Source: a virus
Lineage: Duplodnaviria > Caudoviricetes
Direction: 5' to 3' (one strand)
IMG/VR virus record: IMGVR_UViG_3300021400_001346
Coordinates: 51,740 to 115,739 of that record
Length of the DNA: 64,000 nt
A program made the translations under genes and the position numbers. Shown here piece by piece: positions 23,806 through 35,327 of the stretch. Numbering within the stretch: the first letter of the stretch is position 1; each line of letters begins with the position of its first letter. The notes beneath the pieces are model-generated. The model saw only the letters and a program-made list of their open reading frames with translations, was not told the origin of the DNA and searched no databases.

Positions 23806-24397
23806 TTATTCTTTACCGTCTGATAAATTTTATTTTAGAAATAAGGAAACAGAAGAAGCTATCGATCTTTGGGCTCCTTATGCTGGAATAGCCACTTATG
23901 CTGAATTTGCCGGTGCACCAACTGGAACTTTAGCAACAACTATTACACAACTTCGACAAGATATTACAAGTGTTTCAGGTAGTCTTGGTACTTTACGAGT
24001 AGATTTTGATACTCTAAACTCTACTGTCACTCGTGACATGAACAAGTTTTTAGCCGTATCTGAGCGTATTCAAGTTGCATCAGGCACTTTTAATACAGGA
24101 AAAAATATAGGAAGTATTCCTTCTGGTATATATGAACTACAAATGTGAACTGATAGTGATACAGATGGCTTTATGAACAATCTTGTTTTAGTTTATATAA
24201 ATGGAATTGATTGGTATCAAGATCAAACAATATATTCTCACAATACATCTGATGAAAACTGATATCAAATTACAACACAAATTCTTTCTACTAATACAAT
24301 GACAGTTTCTGTAGAACGTTTTAGTTTTTATAATCCAACCGATCGTGATACTGTATCCGGTGGTTGAACTTTATATCGTATTACAACTTTAAAATAA
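23798..24397 (+). CDS. Putative minor tail fibre/receptor-binding protein, 199 aa, 3 TGA(Trp)
   Basis: Extends through TGA 24146 and two further TGAs to TAA 24395-24397, ending exactly at the terminator; short coiled coil then beta domain. Confidence 0.65.
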
Positions 24398-24426
24398 AAA
24401 CCTCTCTTAAAATAGAGAGGTTTTTT
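24396..24426. terminator. Bidirectional terminator between structural (+) and replication (-) blocks
   Basis: AAAAA-CCTCTCT-TAAAAT-AGAGAGG-TTTTTT. Confidence 0.85.
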
Positions 24427-25042
24427 CATTATTGTCTTTTTTCTTCCATCTATCTGGATGTACTTGTGGGTCTACATAGAAGAAAATATTTTTAAGCATC
24501 AATACATCTTCTAAAGCGTCATGCGCTCCTTCGTTATCAAATCCTAAGATTTCAGCAACAAGACTTAAACGCCATTTGCGTCCTAATTTATCTTTTAAAC
24601 CATGCCAATTCATTTTCTTTGCATCATAGATACAATCGTAATAACCATCAATGCCAGGGAATTTTTCTTTATTAAAGAAGTCGTAATGAATGCCTAAAAT
24701 GCGGCAACGCTCATTTAACATACGACGGTCAAATGCTTCGCCGTTATAAGTCAATACCAAGTCTACATCATGTTCTTTCATTCATACACAAAAATCACCT
24801 AAAACTTCACTTTCGCGGCGGCAGTTAACTAAATCTTTTTGATAGATGCCGTGAACTGCAGAGGCGTCAGGTGCGATAGTATGAGTTGTTTTAATACGCT
24901 CATTAAAACTATCAATGATTTTTCCATCTGTATTAACAATTACTGCGGCGATTTGAATTGGCGCGGCAGTATTCCAATAACGGTCGGTTGTTTCAGTATC
25001 TAAAATACATATGCTTTTAAAGTCGTGAATATTAAAGTCCAT
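24407..25042 (-). CDS. DEDDh 3'-5' exonuclease (DnaQ/epsilon-like), 211 aa
   Basis: ILDTETT, YNGEAFD, AHDALEDV motifs; start ATG 25042 with AGGAG; one TGA at 24782 joins the two track ORFs. Confidence 0.85.
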
Positions 25043-26168
25043 AAGTAAACTCCTTTTCTCAAATTGATCATGGTATTGTAATGTCGTTCTCTTTTTTATT
25101 TCCCCATTCGGTAAGTAAAAATTCTTTGTTTTGATAAGTTTGTCGTAATAAATCACGGAATACTGGATGCCATTCGTAAGGGCGACACCAGTATAATTGT
25201 TGTCTGTCTCGGCTGTATCCAACATAGCGGGCTGATAAATAGGCTAACCAGCTGCGCTTATAAGATTTACTATTAGTCCATTCTGACACCATTTGAAACA
25301 TAAAGAAATAAGGTGTCTCAGTATATTCTTTAGGTCCAATTACTTGCAACTGGATTTTATTTTCCTTGCAGAGAGTTATCCTACTACACAATAAATTAAA
25401 TTCGTTTTGCGCTATTTTTGTATCTACCCAATGTTTGGAAGGAACCGGGCTGTATTTCATAGATAGCGGGCCAATTTTGGCGTTAGGAAAGGCTGTTTTT
25501 ATTCGCACTAGTCCTTTTAACGCAACGTCAAATTCATTTCAACTGATAACATACCACTTTAAGTTTGAACCAGCACCAATTGATAATTCTAAGAAGATTT
25601 GAAACAATTCTTCATTCATCACCAGACGCATTAAATCAATTGGCTTGGTAAAATATAAGTTCTTGTGTCCCTTTAGTAAAGTGAATACTTCGATAAGGTC
25701 TTCTGTCGCGGCGTGTCATAAGGCAGGATCAGTTAACATTAAACGCTTGTGTTGAAATGCGTTCGTATAATCTTGAGTTAATGGTAAACGCTTGCCGTCA
25801 TTATCAAAGAAACGCACTTGTTCTGCCCTTTCCAGTTGTGTATTTAATTCTGGATAAAGTAAATAATCAGGTCGACATCCTAACATTGCAGGTGTCATTT
25901 TCCATTTGACCTTTACTCTATATGCATCTCCCCACCATCTGACCTTTTTATTTAACAAGAAGTCTAGTGGTGGGTTAGGTGTTTCACTTTTCTCTTTAAT
26001 AATATAATAGATATCATATGGTCGGCGAATATCGTCTTCCTTAGTAACGAAATTAATAGTATCACCTAATTGCTTGTGATAACTACTAATTTTCATTACA
26101 TCTGGATTAAAACAATTTACTTTTTCAGGCGCATAGTAATAATCTAAATCTCAAATACTAACCTTCAT
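25032..26168 (-). CDS. Radical-SAM-family-like protein lacking the CxxxCxxC motif, 378 aa, 5 TGA(Trp)
   Basis: MKVSIWDLD...NPDVMKISSYHKQLGD...PDYLLYP resembles the N-terminus of a common phage radical SAM family; track ORFs 25716 and 25068 are co-framed. Confidence 0.6.
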
Positions 26169-29100
26169 TTTGTACGCTCCTCTTTTCTTCGAGTTCTACA
26201 AAATTACCCATATCGTCTAATACAATTCTTTCAATTGCTTGACGACCTGTATTCTTATATACCTTTGGAATAAATGTTGCGCCTCTTTGAATACCTGTAA
26301 CTAATAAGTGCACTCCTTTTTCAAAGAAACTGTCTTGTTCGATATCTTTTTCGCCGTTTTCATTAATATCACCAATGACGGCAACAAATGTTGAATATAA
26401 ATCTTTATATACCTTCAAACTGACAACACCATCGACCGTTTGTAAAGTTACTAAGCCTTTAACTTTATCTCTATCAATGACTGTGCCCGCTAAAGTATAT
26501 AATTTCATTTTTGGAATTTGTTTACCTTTAATTAAGAAGAAACCATCTGGCGCACCTTCAACTACTTCTTCTAAGAAATTAACTTCAATGCCAAGTTGAG
26601 GAATAACTTTTGTTAATGGATGCCCATCAAAATAGAAGTTAACACTATCAAGTTCCCATTGTAACTCATCACCATTACAATATTTATTCCACTCTGTCAT
26701 AAACAAACGATTATTTAATTTCTCCAATAATTCGTCGTGATGAGCTTTAATATAATTCTTAATCGTTAACATTTTGCGGTCATAGAAGTTATCCCACAAA
26801 TTACTATCCATTACACGACATGGAACTCCATCTAATACCAAGTCTTGTCCACGTACGCCGGCATCCACAATAATTTGTTTCCAAATATCTATTTTATCTA
26901 CTGGCACTTCTAATGCATCGCCAATATACCATAACTTATTCTTATCTCTATGTTTTCTTAATTCTTTTGTGAGTTTATAAACTTCACTTTCATAAGATAG
27001 TTCAGGTGGCAATAATCCTTGGTCAATTAACATATTTGCATTTTGCATAGTTAACTTTTGCTTTGCATCACATACTTGCCAAATAAAATCTGTTAAAATC
27101 TCTTTTCTATCCTTCTTTTCAATGCGGTCAAATGCGCCGCATTTAATTAAATTAATAACTTTATCTTTTGTAACAATACGACTTGTTGTTCTATTTAAGA
27201 AATCTTTTAGTGAAGAATATGGTCTATTAATCATAATTTCTTCAATAACTGGCGCCGTTACTCTACTAATACCTTTTAAACCATACAAAATAGAATTATC
27301 TTTTACATCTGGTGTAAATCCTAATCGAGATTCATTTATATCTGGTAAACGTACTTTACAGCCGCTACCTCTAAAGTTATCGAGTGCTTGTGCAATCTTT
27401 GCATAATCCATTTTATTTTGCACTCTCTTACCTTCAACTTCATCGATTTCAACGATGTTTTCATCGACCAAGTTATAAAAATCTTGCGCGTTAATTGCAC
27501 TACTATCAACTGATAAACATGCTGTGTTCCAATAAATAATTGGCCATTTGTGCGCCAAGTTCATTTCTTGAACCGCAATAATTGAATAACCTGTTGTATG
27601 TAAACGGCTAAAAGAATAACCTAATGACATACCGATTTGAACTTTCCAAACATAATCTAATAATACTTTTCTAGTTCCCGCGGCTAATCCTTTTTCATAA
27701 AATAATTGTCTAACATTTTCAATTTCTCTAAATGCCTTCTTTGCAATTGTTTTTCTTAATCGGTTGGCTTCTTGCATTGTAAAGTTACTAATATGTGGAT
27801 CCATGGAAAGTTCCATAACAACTTCTTGAGATTCGGCAAGTCCGCAAGAACCTTCCAAATACTTTTTTAATACTTTTACTTCATCTGCATTTAAACCATA
27901 TTCGTTCATCTCATCATACCAAAGTTGAGGTGAAGTTTTAAATTTAACATATTTATCTAATGGAAGTTCCGCACCTTTTTCGCCCATTAATCTCATGATT
28001 GAGTTTGCAACCGCTAATTCAGTTAAACTGTGCGGACGAATTTGCTTAATTGCCTGGCCACCGACTAATGTATCGAACTGGAATAAACTTCTAATTTCAC
28101 CATTTGCGGCCTTATCCCACATTTCTTTATCATTATAATCAATTACTTGCGGCGACAAATATTTATTATAAGTACTTCTTAAATCGCCTTGCCATTCAAG
28201 AGTACCATCTTCTAACATATAATTCATGGTTTGGTGAATACGGTCAAGCGCTGAAACTGTTAATAAATCGTATTTAACTAAACCACAACGCTCCAATTTG
28301 TGTAAATCAAAACAGGTGACTAATTGTTCCTTATTAGTCTTCATGAAACCTGCATAATCAGTTAATGGACTATTCAAACAAACAACACCTGAAGCATGAA
28401 CACCTAATCTGGTGACCAATCCTTCAATGCCTTGCGCAACTTCCCATAACATTGGGTTTTCGTCCATTACTTGTTTAAATGCGGCACGACCTTCTCTATC
28501 CTCACCGTTACCATAATAACAATCATGCAAGCTCCAGTCAAAACCTCTTTCATTAGGTATCATTGAAGTTACATATGTAATTAAGTCATCATCTATATTT
28601 AAACCACGACCTGCGGTCTTTAATGCACTCTTAGTTCCTTCTGTACCAAAAGTACAAACATTAACAACATCTCCACCTAAGCTTTGGAAATATTCTCTAA
28701 TGTTATTAAAAACGGCGGCTCTCTTATCTGACTCTGAGTCAACATCAATATCAGGTAAGTCTGGTCTAGATGGGTGCATAAATCTCCAAACATATGGAAG
28801 ATTTAATTCAATTGGGTTCATTTGTGTGATACCTAATAAATAATTAATCAACATCGCACCTGCCGAACCACGGCTTGGACCAACAATTGAACCGGCTTCC
28901 CACATTAAGTCAATCATTTTTGCCATTGAAATAAAATAATCAGACATGTGTTGACCAATCTTTTCGCCGACTTCTTTAATTGTCCATAATTCTTCTTCTA
29001 ATCTATTATAATATGTTTCACTATTCCAAGTTTCATCATATTTATTAATATACCCATGTGCAATTAATCGTGCCAAATAATTATCGGCTTGATTATCTGT

Positions 29101-30216
29101 ATGTAAATAATAATAAAAGTTTGGATAAGTTTGTTCGTCTACATCATCAAAAAACTCTAAATCTTCTTTATATTCATCAAAATGTTCATATGCAACACGT
29201 GCTATAACTTGTTTTTGGTCTAATGTATAATAAGAGCACATTTGTTGAATACGATTTGTATTATTAATCATTTCTTGGAATTGTTCTTCGGTTATATAAC
29301 TTTTCATAAAGCCATAAACTTCTTCCGCGGCCATCATATATGCATAACCATAAAATTCGTCGACATCTCTAGTTCCACTGGAACGGCTATTTAAAAATGC
29401 CTTATGAACTTCTCTTAAAGCTGGCTTTAAATAATGCGCGTCTGTTGTAAAAATAAAAGGATACTTGCCCCAATAATTATTAATTAACCATTTATTATAA
29501 TCTATTTGGTCAAACTTTTCACTTGGTTGTAACTCTAAATAATAATTCCCCTTACCAAATAATTCTTCCATCATTTGTAAGTGATTATCAATTTGTTGTT
29601 TAATCGCACGTTTTTGTTCTTCGTCTAAGCATGCCACCATCTCGTTATATTTACGCGCGACATATCCAGCCAAACATGCTGTTGAACATACTATATGTCC
29701 ACCTTTAACAATTTCAAATAAATCAGATGGATAGGTTGGTGTTCTCATCATACGTCCATAAAAGAACCCACGACTCCATGCGCGACTACTTAATTGACGT
29801 ATTTGTTTAAAACCTTCGGCATCTTTTGCTACTAAAAGATAATGATAAAAATAGGTCTTTTCACCATTCTTATAGTTTTCTCTTTGCGTTTCTTCAGTGA
29901 CACCTTCGGCTGTTAGATAAATTTCATTACCCAACATAATTTTAAAGTTTAATTCAGCAGCCATTTCTTCTACTGATGGTACTTCTTTGTCTGGATTTAA
30001 TTTTGTCCATTCATCAGTTATTTTTCTTTTATAACAATCTAATTCTTCAATGGCACCTGAAATACAATCATGGTCAGTAAAAGCGAGACCAGAAAACCCT
30101 AAGTCCCACGCATAATTAATCATATCCATTGGACGATTAATACTATCTATAACATGGACATTTGAATATTCTGTATGATTATGTAATGATGTATAAAATT
30201 GATGTTCTGATCTCAT
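26158..30216 (-). CDS. dnaE: DNA polymerase III alpha subunit
   Basis: PHP domain (LHNHTEYS, FTDH, TTDAHY), GPSRGSAG, PDIDVD catalytic motif, GVHASGV, KYDLL. Confidence 0.95.
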   Translation of the reverse strand: MRSEHQFYTSLHNHTEYSNVHVIDSINRPMDMINYAWDLGFSGLAFTDHDCISGAIEELDCYKRKITDEWTKLNPDKEVPSVEEMAAELNFKIMLGNEIYLTAEGVTEETQRENYKNGEKTYFYHYLLVAKDAEGFKQIRQLSSRAWSRGFFYGRMMRTPTYPSDLFEIVKGGHIVCSTACLAGYVARKYNEMVACLDEEQKRAIKQQIDNHLQMMEELFGKGNYYLELQPSEKFDQIDYNKWLINNYWGKYPFIFTTDAHYLKPALREVHKAFLNSRSSGTRDVDEFYGYAYMMAAEEVYGFMKSYITEEQFQEMINNTNRIQQMCSYYTLDQKQVIARVAYEHFDEYKEDLEFFDDVDEQTYPNFYYYLHTDNQADNYLARLIAHGYINKYDETWNSETYYNRLEEELWTIKEVGEKIGQHMSDYFISMAKMIDLMWEAGSIVGPSRGSAGAMLINYLLGITQMNPIELNLPYVWRFMHPSRPDLPDIDVDSESDKRAAVFNNIREYFQSLGGDVVNVCTFGTEGTKSALKTAGRGLNIDDDLITYVTSMIPNERGFDWSLHDCYYGNGEDREGRAAFKQVMDENPMLWEVAQGIEGLVTRLGVHASGVVCLNSPLTDYAGFMKTNKEQLVTCFDLHKLERCGLVKYDLLTVSALDRIHQTMNYMLEDGTLEWQGDLRSTYNKYLSPQVIDYNDKEMWDKAANGEIRSLFQFDTLVGGQAIKQIRPHSLTELAVANSIMRLMGEKGAELPLDKYVKFKTSPQLWYDEMNEYGLNADEVKVLKKYLEGSCGLAESQEVVMELSMDPHISNFTMQEANRLRKTIAKKAFREIENVRQLFYEKGLAAGTRKVLLDYVWKVQIGMSLGYSFSRLHTTGYSIIAVQEMNLAHKWPIIYWNTACLSVDSSAINAQDFYNLVDENIVEIDEVEGKRVQNKMDYAKIAQALDNFRGSGCKVRLPDINESRLGFTPDVKDNSILYGLKGISRVTAPVIEEIMINRPYSSLKDFLNRTTSRIVTKDKVINLIKCGAFDRIEKKDRKEILTDFIWQVCDAKQKLTMQNANMLIDQGLLPPELSYESEVYKLTKELRKHRDKNKLWYIGDALEVPVDKIDIWKQIIVDAGVRGQDLVLDGVPCRVMDSNLWDNFYDRKMLTIKNYIKAHHDELLEKLNNRLFMTEWNKYCNGDELQWELDSVNFYFDGHPLTKVIPQLGIEVNFLEEVVEGAPDGFFLIKGKQIPKMKLYTLAGTVIDRDKVKGLVTLQTVDGVVSLKVYKDLYSTFVAVIGDINENGEKDIEQDSFFEKGVHLLVTGIQRGATFIPKVYKNTGRQAIERIVLDDMGNFVELEEKRSVQNEG

Positions 30217-30245
30217 ATTTGTTTTCCTTTACTTATTTTATTATA

Positions 30246-30461
30246 TTATATCTTTTTGGCTTCGTCAATACTTTCTTGGCCTATATCCCAAAACTCATTA
30301 TAAAGAGTGTCTGCATTATCGTAGTAATCAGTAATTAATTCAATGGCTTGTTCTTTTGTGCAGTCAATGTAAATATCATCCATAATAGACATAAAGAACT
30401 CTGGATAATCTGACCTAGACATAACTGCGCCCCATTTCTTTTTAAACTCTTGTAAATTCAT
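30246..30461 (-). CDS. Hypothetical protein
   Basis: 71 aa, coupled to the recJ stop. Confidence 0.65.
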   Translation of the reverse strand: MNLQEFKKKWGAVMSRSDYPEFFMSIMDDIYIDCTKEQAIELITDYYDNADTLYNEFWDIGQESIDEAKKI

Positions 30462-32254
30462 TATATTAAATCTCCTAAATTATTAGAACGAACAATTTGT
30501 GTAGACAACAGTGGTTCTACAACATAATCGTCCATAACGATTTGTATGCTTGAACGCCCCATAAACTCATTTAAGCTTGGCGCACCAACAATCGTGATGT
30601 GTCCAGATGTATAAGTTTGTAATAATTTAACAAGCGCGGCATCTTTGAAAGTTACAAAATCTATACCATCGTATTTAATTTTTACTGAGCTCTTGTCTTT
30701 ACCCATGATTTGAACATTTGAAGGCGAATAGTTAAAATCAAATGCAAATAATGGACGAGGTAAACCATTACCCCATAATTTATCTTGTTGCGCGAACTCA
30801 TATAACATACCTTGGTCAATAAAGTCACTGCTATGGAACCAATAATCAACCTCAAACACTGTATCATTAAATGATTCGGCGTTTAACATCTTGTCTGAAT
30901 AAGCGCGCAATGCATCAACATTTTCTTTAGTGATAAATAAGCCATGCGCATTGGCGTGTCCAGCCGCGTATAAAACCAAGCCACTTTGTTTTAGAAAGTC
31001 AAGTAAACTTGGAATGCCGTAGAAATTACCATTACGTCCACTACCTCCATAAACCATCTGTCCTTCGTATTCAGTGGTACGTAAGACTAAACATGGTTTG
31101 CCGAACTCTTTAACAAGTTCCATGGCGATAAGCCCCGTAACGTTTTGATTTACTTTTTTACTATCTTCTTCATTAATTGTAGCAATGACAATATTATGTT
31201 GGTCCCACCCGTTTTTGCGGATTTCGTCGCATAACCATTCAAAGGACTTTTTCTTTGCACTGTCTTGTCTACTCTTGGCATTTACTGCAAGACGAACGGC
31301 ATGTTGATATAACGTTTCATAGTTCTTTACGCCGCGCCATTCGTGAAGGAAGTTCTCAGTGCAATTTTCTTCCCATAAGGCACGGAAGACTAAGTTCTTA
31401 TCTTCAGCAGTGCCGCTACGAATAACACCATTAATAACAGGTGCAATATAGAAGGCAACATCAATCTTGCTAAGGTGAGCCGCGTCTTTGATGCCTCTTT
31501 CTTGTTTTTCTGCCAATTCCTTTAAAAATTTATTTTTAATATTATTAAGACCATTATAAGCAATCCAGTTATTGCCGAGAGTAGTCATATTCATGGCATC
31601 TGCAATAATTCCTACCGCGGTTAAATCTAAGTAATCGTCTGCGATAGGCGAATCGGCGAAATGTTTTTCGTCCATGGCTCGTAAGAACATATAGACGATA
31701 CCAACACCGCTTAAGTTCTTATTGAAGAACTCAGGACTAAATTGGTTATTAACCAAGATGGCGCCGGTCTCTTCATAATTTTCATTAACTTCGTGATGGT
31801 CTAAAATAATAACAGTCTTATTTGCGGCGATAAGTTCTTTTTGTTGTTCATAATCATTTGAACCGGCATCAGGAATAAATATTAACTTATCATCTGTTTT
31901 GATGTAGTCGCAATTAATACCATGTTCCTTGCCATTATGTAATTCATAATTAATTCTTACTGTTGGCCATCTGCGTTTAATGTATGAGATTAAAATCGCA
32001 GATGATGTAAAACCATCTGTATCAGAGTCCGGTTGAACATATACATTCGCGCCGCCATTAAGCAACTGATAGGCGGTTTCAACGGCATAGTCTAAGTTCA
32101 ATAACTTGTGAGGATTATCAACATCTGAGAAACGTGGAGCCGCCAAAAAACTATTAACATCTTGGATTTTAATACCCAAGCTAGTTAAATAACTGGTTAA
32201 ATAACTTTTATCGCCAGGATTGATGTGGTTTACTTTTAATTCAATACGTTTCAT
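30461..32254 (-). CDS. recJ: RecJ-like ssDNA exonuclease (DHH family)
   Basis: DSDTDG, ILDHHE, GIIAD, GSGR, AGHANAHG motifs. Confidence 0.9.
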   Translation of the reverse strand: MKRIELKVNHINPGDKSYLTSYLTSLGIKIQDVNSFLAAPRFSDVDNPHKLLNLDYAVETAYQLLNGGANVYVQPDSDTDGFTSSAILISYIKRRWPTVRINYELHNGKEHGINCDYIKTDDKLIFIPDAGSNDYEQQKELIAANKTVIILDHHEVNENYEETGAILVNNQFSPEFFNKNLSGVGIVYMFLRAMDEKHFADSPIADDYLDLTAVGIIADAMNMTTLGNNWIAYNGLNNIKNKFLKELAEKQERGIKDAAHLSKIDVAFYIAPVINGVIRSGTAEDKNLVFRALWEENCTENFLHEWRGVKNYETLYQHAVRLAVNAKSRQDSAKKKSFEWLCDEIRKNGWDQHNIVIATINEEDSKKVNQNVTGLIAMELVKEFGKPCLVLRTTEYEGQMVYGGSGRNGNFYGIPSLLDFLKQSGLVLYAAGHANAHGLFITKENVDALRAYSDKMLNAESFNDTVFEVDYWFHSSDFIDQGMLYEFAQQDKLWGNGLPRPLFAFDFNYSPSNVQIMGKDKSSVKIKYDGIDFVTFKDAALVKLLQTYTSGHITIVGAPSLNEFMGRSSIQIVMDDYVVEPLLSTQIVRSNNLGDLI

Positions 32255-33330
32255 TATTTTATTATCTCCCTTTCAGCTAATAGTTTTTCAAAAGTCTCTT
32301 TGCCGCCATCAATTGGACTACTCTTGTATGGTAATACAAAGTCGTAATCTATTAAGATGCTTACATTAAAGTAAGGCGATAATAGACGCGCTTTGGCAAT
32401 ATACTTTTCTCGTACTTCTTGTAGTTGCTGATAATCTTCATAATCGGTATCATATGCTAAAATAACATTTGCGACACCCAATTTTAATAAATATTGTATG
32501 TGTTCTCGTGTAATATTTTGACCTAAAGTTGCAAGTGCAATATTTTGGTCATCTCCATAAATGGTTCCATAGTGCAATACTGACTTTTCACCCTCAAAAA
32601 TAATACACATATGTTTTCTTCTTATGTTCTTTTGGTTTTCCCATATGCCATAAAAGGTGCGGCCCGTTGGGTGATTGAATAATTGATTGTCCAAATAGGC
32701 TGGACGATACTTACCTTTTAAAATATCTTCTGGTTTGAAAAAACGTTCTCGAATCCCTATTAAATTACCTTTCATGTCAAAGTTAGGGATTAGAATGGCA
32801 TCGTGGGCTTTATTATATTTAATATTAAACTTCTGCAAAGTTTCGATGCTGATGCCTTCTTCAATCCAAGGCATTAACCCTGCAAAATCAAAACTAAATT
32901 TTCTTAAGATACTTTTGTCGTATACCTTAAAATTTAAGTTGTCGATATCTGGTATATACATATTGTTTAAAGTTTGCATATACTTAATATCTTCAGACGT
33001 ATTATATTTTCTATCTTCTACTACAATGTGACTTGCATCTAAATCACATAAACTAACCGCTTGTTGTAATGTAATCTCTTGGTCACGCAATTTATACATC
33101 TTTTGCAATAATGTAAAGATGTCAAATGTATCCGCGCATTCAGTAAAGCAGTGGAAGAGTTTACTATTTTTATAATAATATAACTTTGGACTGCCGCCTT
33201 CCAAGTTGTGGCAACAAGTAGGGAATATTATTACTTCGCTAGTTTCATCATATGGTTCTACATTAAATTGACCTAAAATATTTTTAATCATTTCATCTGT
33301 CAATTGTTCTCTTAACTCTTTAAAATTCAT
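32254..33330 (-). CDS. dnaG: DNA primase
   Basis: N-terminal Zn finger (CCHN...FHCFTEC), TOPRIM motifs FEGEKS and AYDTD. Confidence 0.85.
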   Translation of the reverse strand: MNFKELREQLTDEMIKNILGQFNVEPYDETSEVIIFPTCCHNLEGGSPKLYYYKNSKLFHCFTECADTFDIFTLLQKMYKLRDQEITLQQAVSLCDLDASHIVVEDRKYNTSEDIKYMQTLNNMYIPDIDNLNFKVYDKSILRKFSFDFAGLMPWIEEGISIETLQKFNIKYNKAHDAILIPNFDMKGNLIGIRERFFKPEDILKGKYRPAYLDNQLFNHPTGRTFYGIWENQKNIRRKHMCIIFEGEKSVLHYGTIYGDDQNIALATLGQNITREHIQYLLKLGVANVILAYDTDYEDYQQLQEVREKYIAKARLLSPYFNVSILIDYDFVLPYKSSPIDGGKETFEKLLAEREIIK

Positions 33331-33331
33331 A

Positions 33332-34918
33332 CTATATGACTCCTTTTGAAACTAATTCTAAATAATCATACAGTTTCTTATCATACTTTAAGAGACCATA
33401 ATCAGCAATTGCTTTATAACTTGAGTCTGTAACAAACAAGTCTTCGCAATGGCAGGTGGCAAAATCAAAGTATCTAAATATTTTAACACAGTTCATTTCG
33501 CCGCGTCGATTTTTATATACGTCTATAACAATATTTGGCTCTTTTGTAAAACGACCCGCCTTTTGATTTTTTAATTCAGTCCAAATCGTTTCAATTTGTT
33601 TCTTTTCTTCGTCACCTAATCTAACACCAATTAAACCAATATCAATTTTATCGGCAATGGCTTTAGACCCTCTTAAACAGTTTTGGTCACGCAATCCTAT
33701 TTCGCGTTTACTCCAGTTTTCATTCAACTGTGTGGCGCTTTGAATAAATACATTATATGTCATCGCAATTTCTTTTAAAGTATTACTTAACATCATTAAT
33801 GCTACATATTCTTTAACATCTGCACTTGCAAACTCTGTGATTAAACTTGGAGAAGTAAAAATATAATCATAAAAGATATATTCTACATTATCTTGCACTA
33901 TGTATTTTGTTAAACGCGCCTTAATCATGGCGATACTTGGGTCAGGAATACACTCAATAATAAAATTACTTCCATACTTATCTATAATCTTGAGTGCCCT
34001 TTGAACTCTATCTAATTCGTCTGGTGAATAATTACCTAACAAAATAGTTTTTTCATTAACACCGCTAACATATGCTAAAATTAAAGTTTGAATTTCATCT
34101 GCTTGCATTTCAGTTGCAACAAATAAAACTTTTTGATAATCTGCGCCGTCTTCTCCACGCACCACGACATGGCCATCTTTATCAATATATGGCATACTAA
34201 TCGCGCATGCGTTGCCGACCATATAACGAGTTTTACCTGAACCTGATGGTGCACTATAAATATATAATTTGCCAAGTCTGGCTCCTCTCGCGGCCCAATT
34301 TATTATATCGCCGTCAAGTGGCAATCCGACTTCTGGATGCGCCTGTAATTCGGCAACCAAGTCTCTTAAACCCGCAGATGCTGGTTGAGATGTTCCTTGG
34401 TCCTTTCCAATATGTCTATTTTCAATATCAACTACTTCACTACGCAATGTCTCCAGAATCGAATTAATCGACATACGATTTAATTTTTCATCTTCGATAT
34501 CACGATTTAAAGTATTCGCCGTATTGTAAAAATTAGAAGTGTCAATACCAAGACTTTCTAAATCTCTCAGTACTGAAAACTTTTTGACTCTTGCATAATA
34601 ATAGTCAAATTGCTTTTCGTCACTTCCTTCGGCAGTTTGATAACATTGAGTTACATACTCGTAGCCTTTATTTTCTTTATAATATGTATATTGTCCGTCG
34701 TATTGATGTATATATAAATCTACATCTTGCGGCGTAATTTTTTCGACTCCTTGGTTTGCCATATTAAAAATGGCATAAAATATTATTTGTTCCAAAGGTT
34801 TATAAAAGTCCGTCTTTACAAATGCATATCTCTCATCTTGTAATAAAAGCGGCTTTCTCATTAAACAACTAAGTACATACAATGAAGCACTGGAGTCGAA
34901 GAGGTCTTTAGTTATCAT
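33332..34918 (-). CDS. dnaB: Replicative DnaB-like helicase
   Basis: Walker A APSGSGKT, ATEM, FYDYI, ATQLN, LRGSKAIADKID, KNRRG. Confidence 0.9.
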   Translation of the reverse strand: MITKDLFDSSASLYVLSCLMRKPLLLQDERYAFVKTDFYKPLEQIIFYAIFNMANQGVEKITPQDVDLYIHQYDGQYTYYKENKGYEYVTQCYQTAEGSDEKQFDYYYARVKKFSVLRDLESLGIDTSNFYNTANTLNRDIEDEKLNRMSINSILETLRSEVVDIENRHIGKDQGTSQPASAGLRDLVAELQAHPEVGLPLDGDIINWAARGARLGKLYIYSAPSGSGKTRYMVGNACAISMPYIDKDGHVVVRGEDGADYQKVLFVATEMQADEIQTLILAYVSGVNEKTILLGNYSPDELDRVQRALKIIDKYGSNFIIECIPDPSIAMIKARLTKYIVQDNVEYIFYDYIFTSPSLITEFASADVKEYVALMMLSNTLKEIAMTYNVFIQSATQLNENWSKREIGLRDQNCLRGSKAIADKIDIGLIGVRLGDEEKKQIETIWTELKNQKAGRFTKEPNIVIDVYKNRRGEMNCVKIFRYFDFATCHCEDLFVTDSSYKAIADYGLLKYDKKLYDYLELVSKGVI

Positions 34919-35327
34919 ACTTATCTACTCCTTCGACATGAATTTCATTCATATCTAATTGTTTAGGTTGTCTCTTTTTATGTTCTAATGATTTTATGTT
35001 GAATATTATATTATTGTCTTGATACTCTACTATCTTTTTTGCCTCGATAGCTTGATTTCGTTGGTCAAGTTCCAACTTTTTAAAATACTTATCAACTTCT
35101 TCTCTTATAGACGCAAAGATTTTAACGCCGTAAAGTGGTGATATCTCTTTCTGCGCTACTTCCACATACCAAACGGCGCAACGTGCAACTTCTTTTAACG
35201 TAAAATTATCATCTAATACTAATGAATTAATTTGACGTTTAATCATATTAGGGAGCGGGCCGCTTAGACCCATATACTCCCTAATTAAATCTTCTACATA
35301 AGTTCTAGTTATTAGAGTTTCTTCCAT
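34908..35327 (-). CDS. Hypothetical replication protein (possible helicase loader)
   Basis: Likely start MEETLIT at 35327; lies between annealing protein and helicase. Confidence 0.55.
   Translation of the reverse strand: MEETLITRTYVEDLIREYMGLSGPLPNMIKRQINSLVLDDNFTLKEVARCAVWYVEVAQKEISPLYGVKIFASIREEVDKYFKKLELDQRNQAIEAKKIVEYQDNNIIFNIKSLEHKKRQPKQLDMNEIHVEGVDKYDN

Noticed and set aside
26158-30216. Intein or intron in dnaE, nrdD, helicase or topoisomerase genes
   Set aside because: Motifs are contiguous, lengths are ordinary, and no splice-junction or homing-endonuclease signatures were seen.
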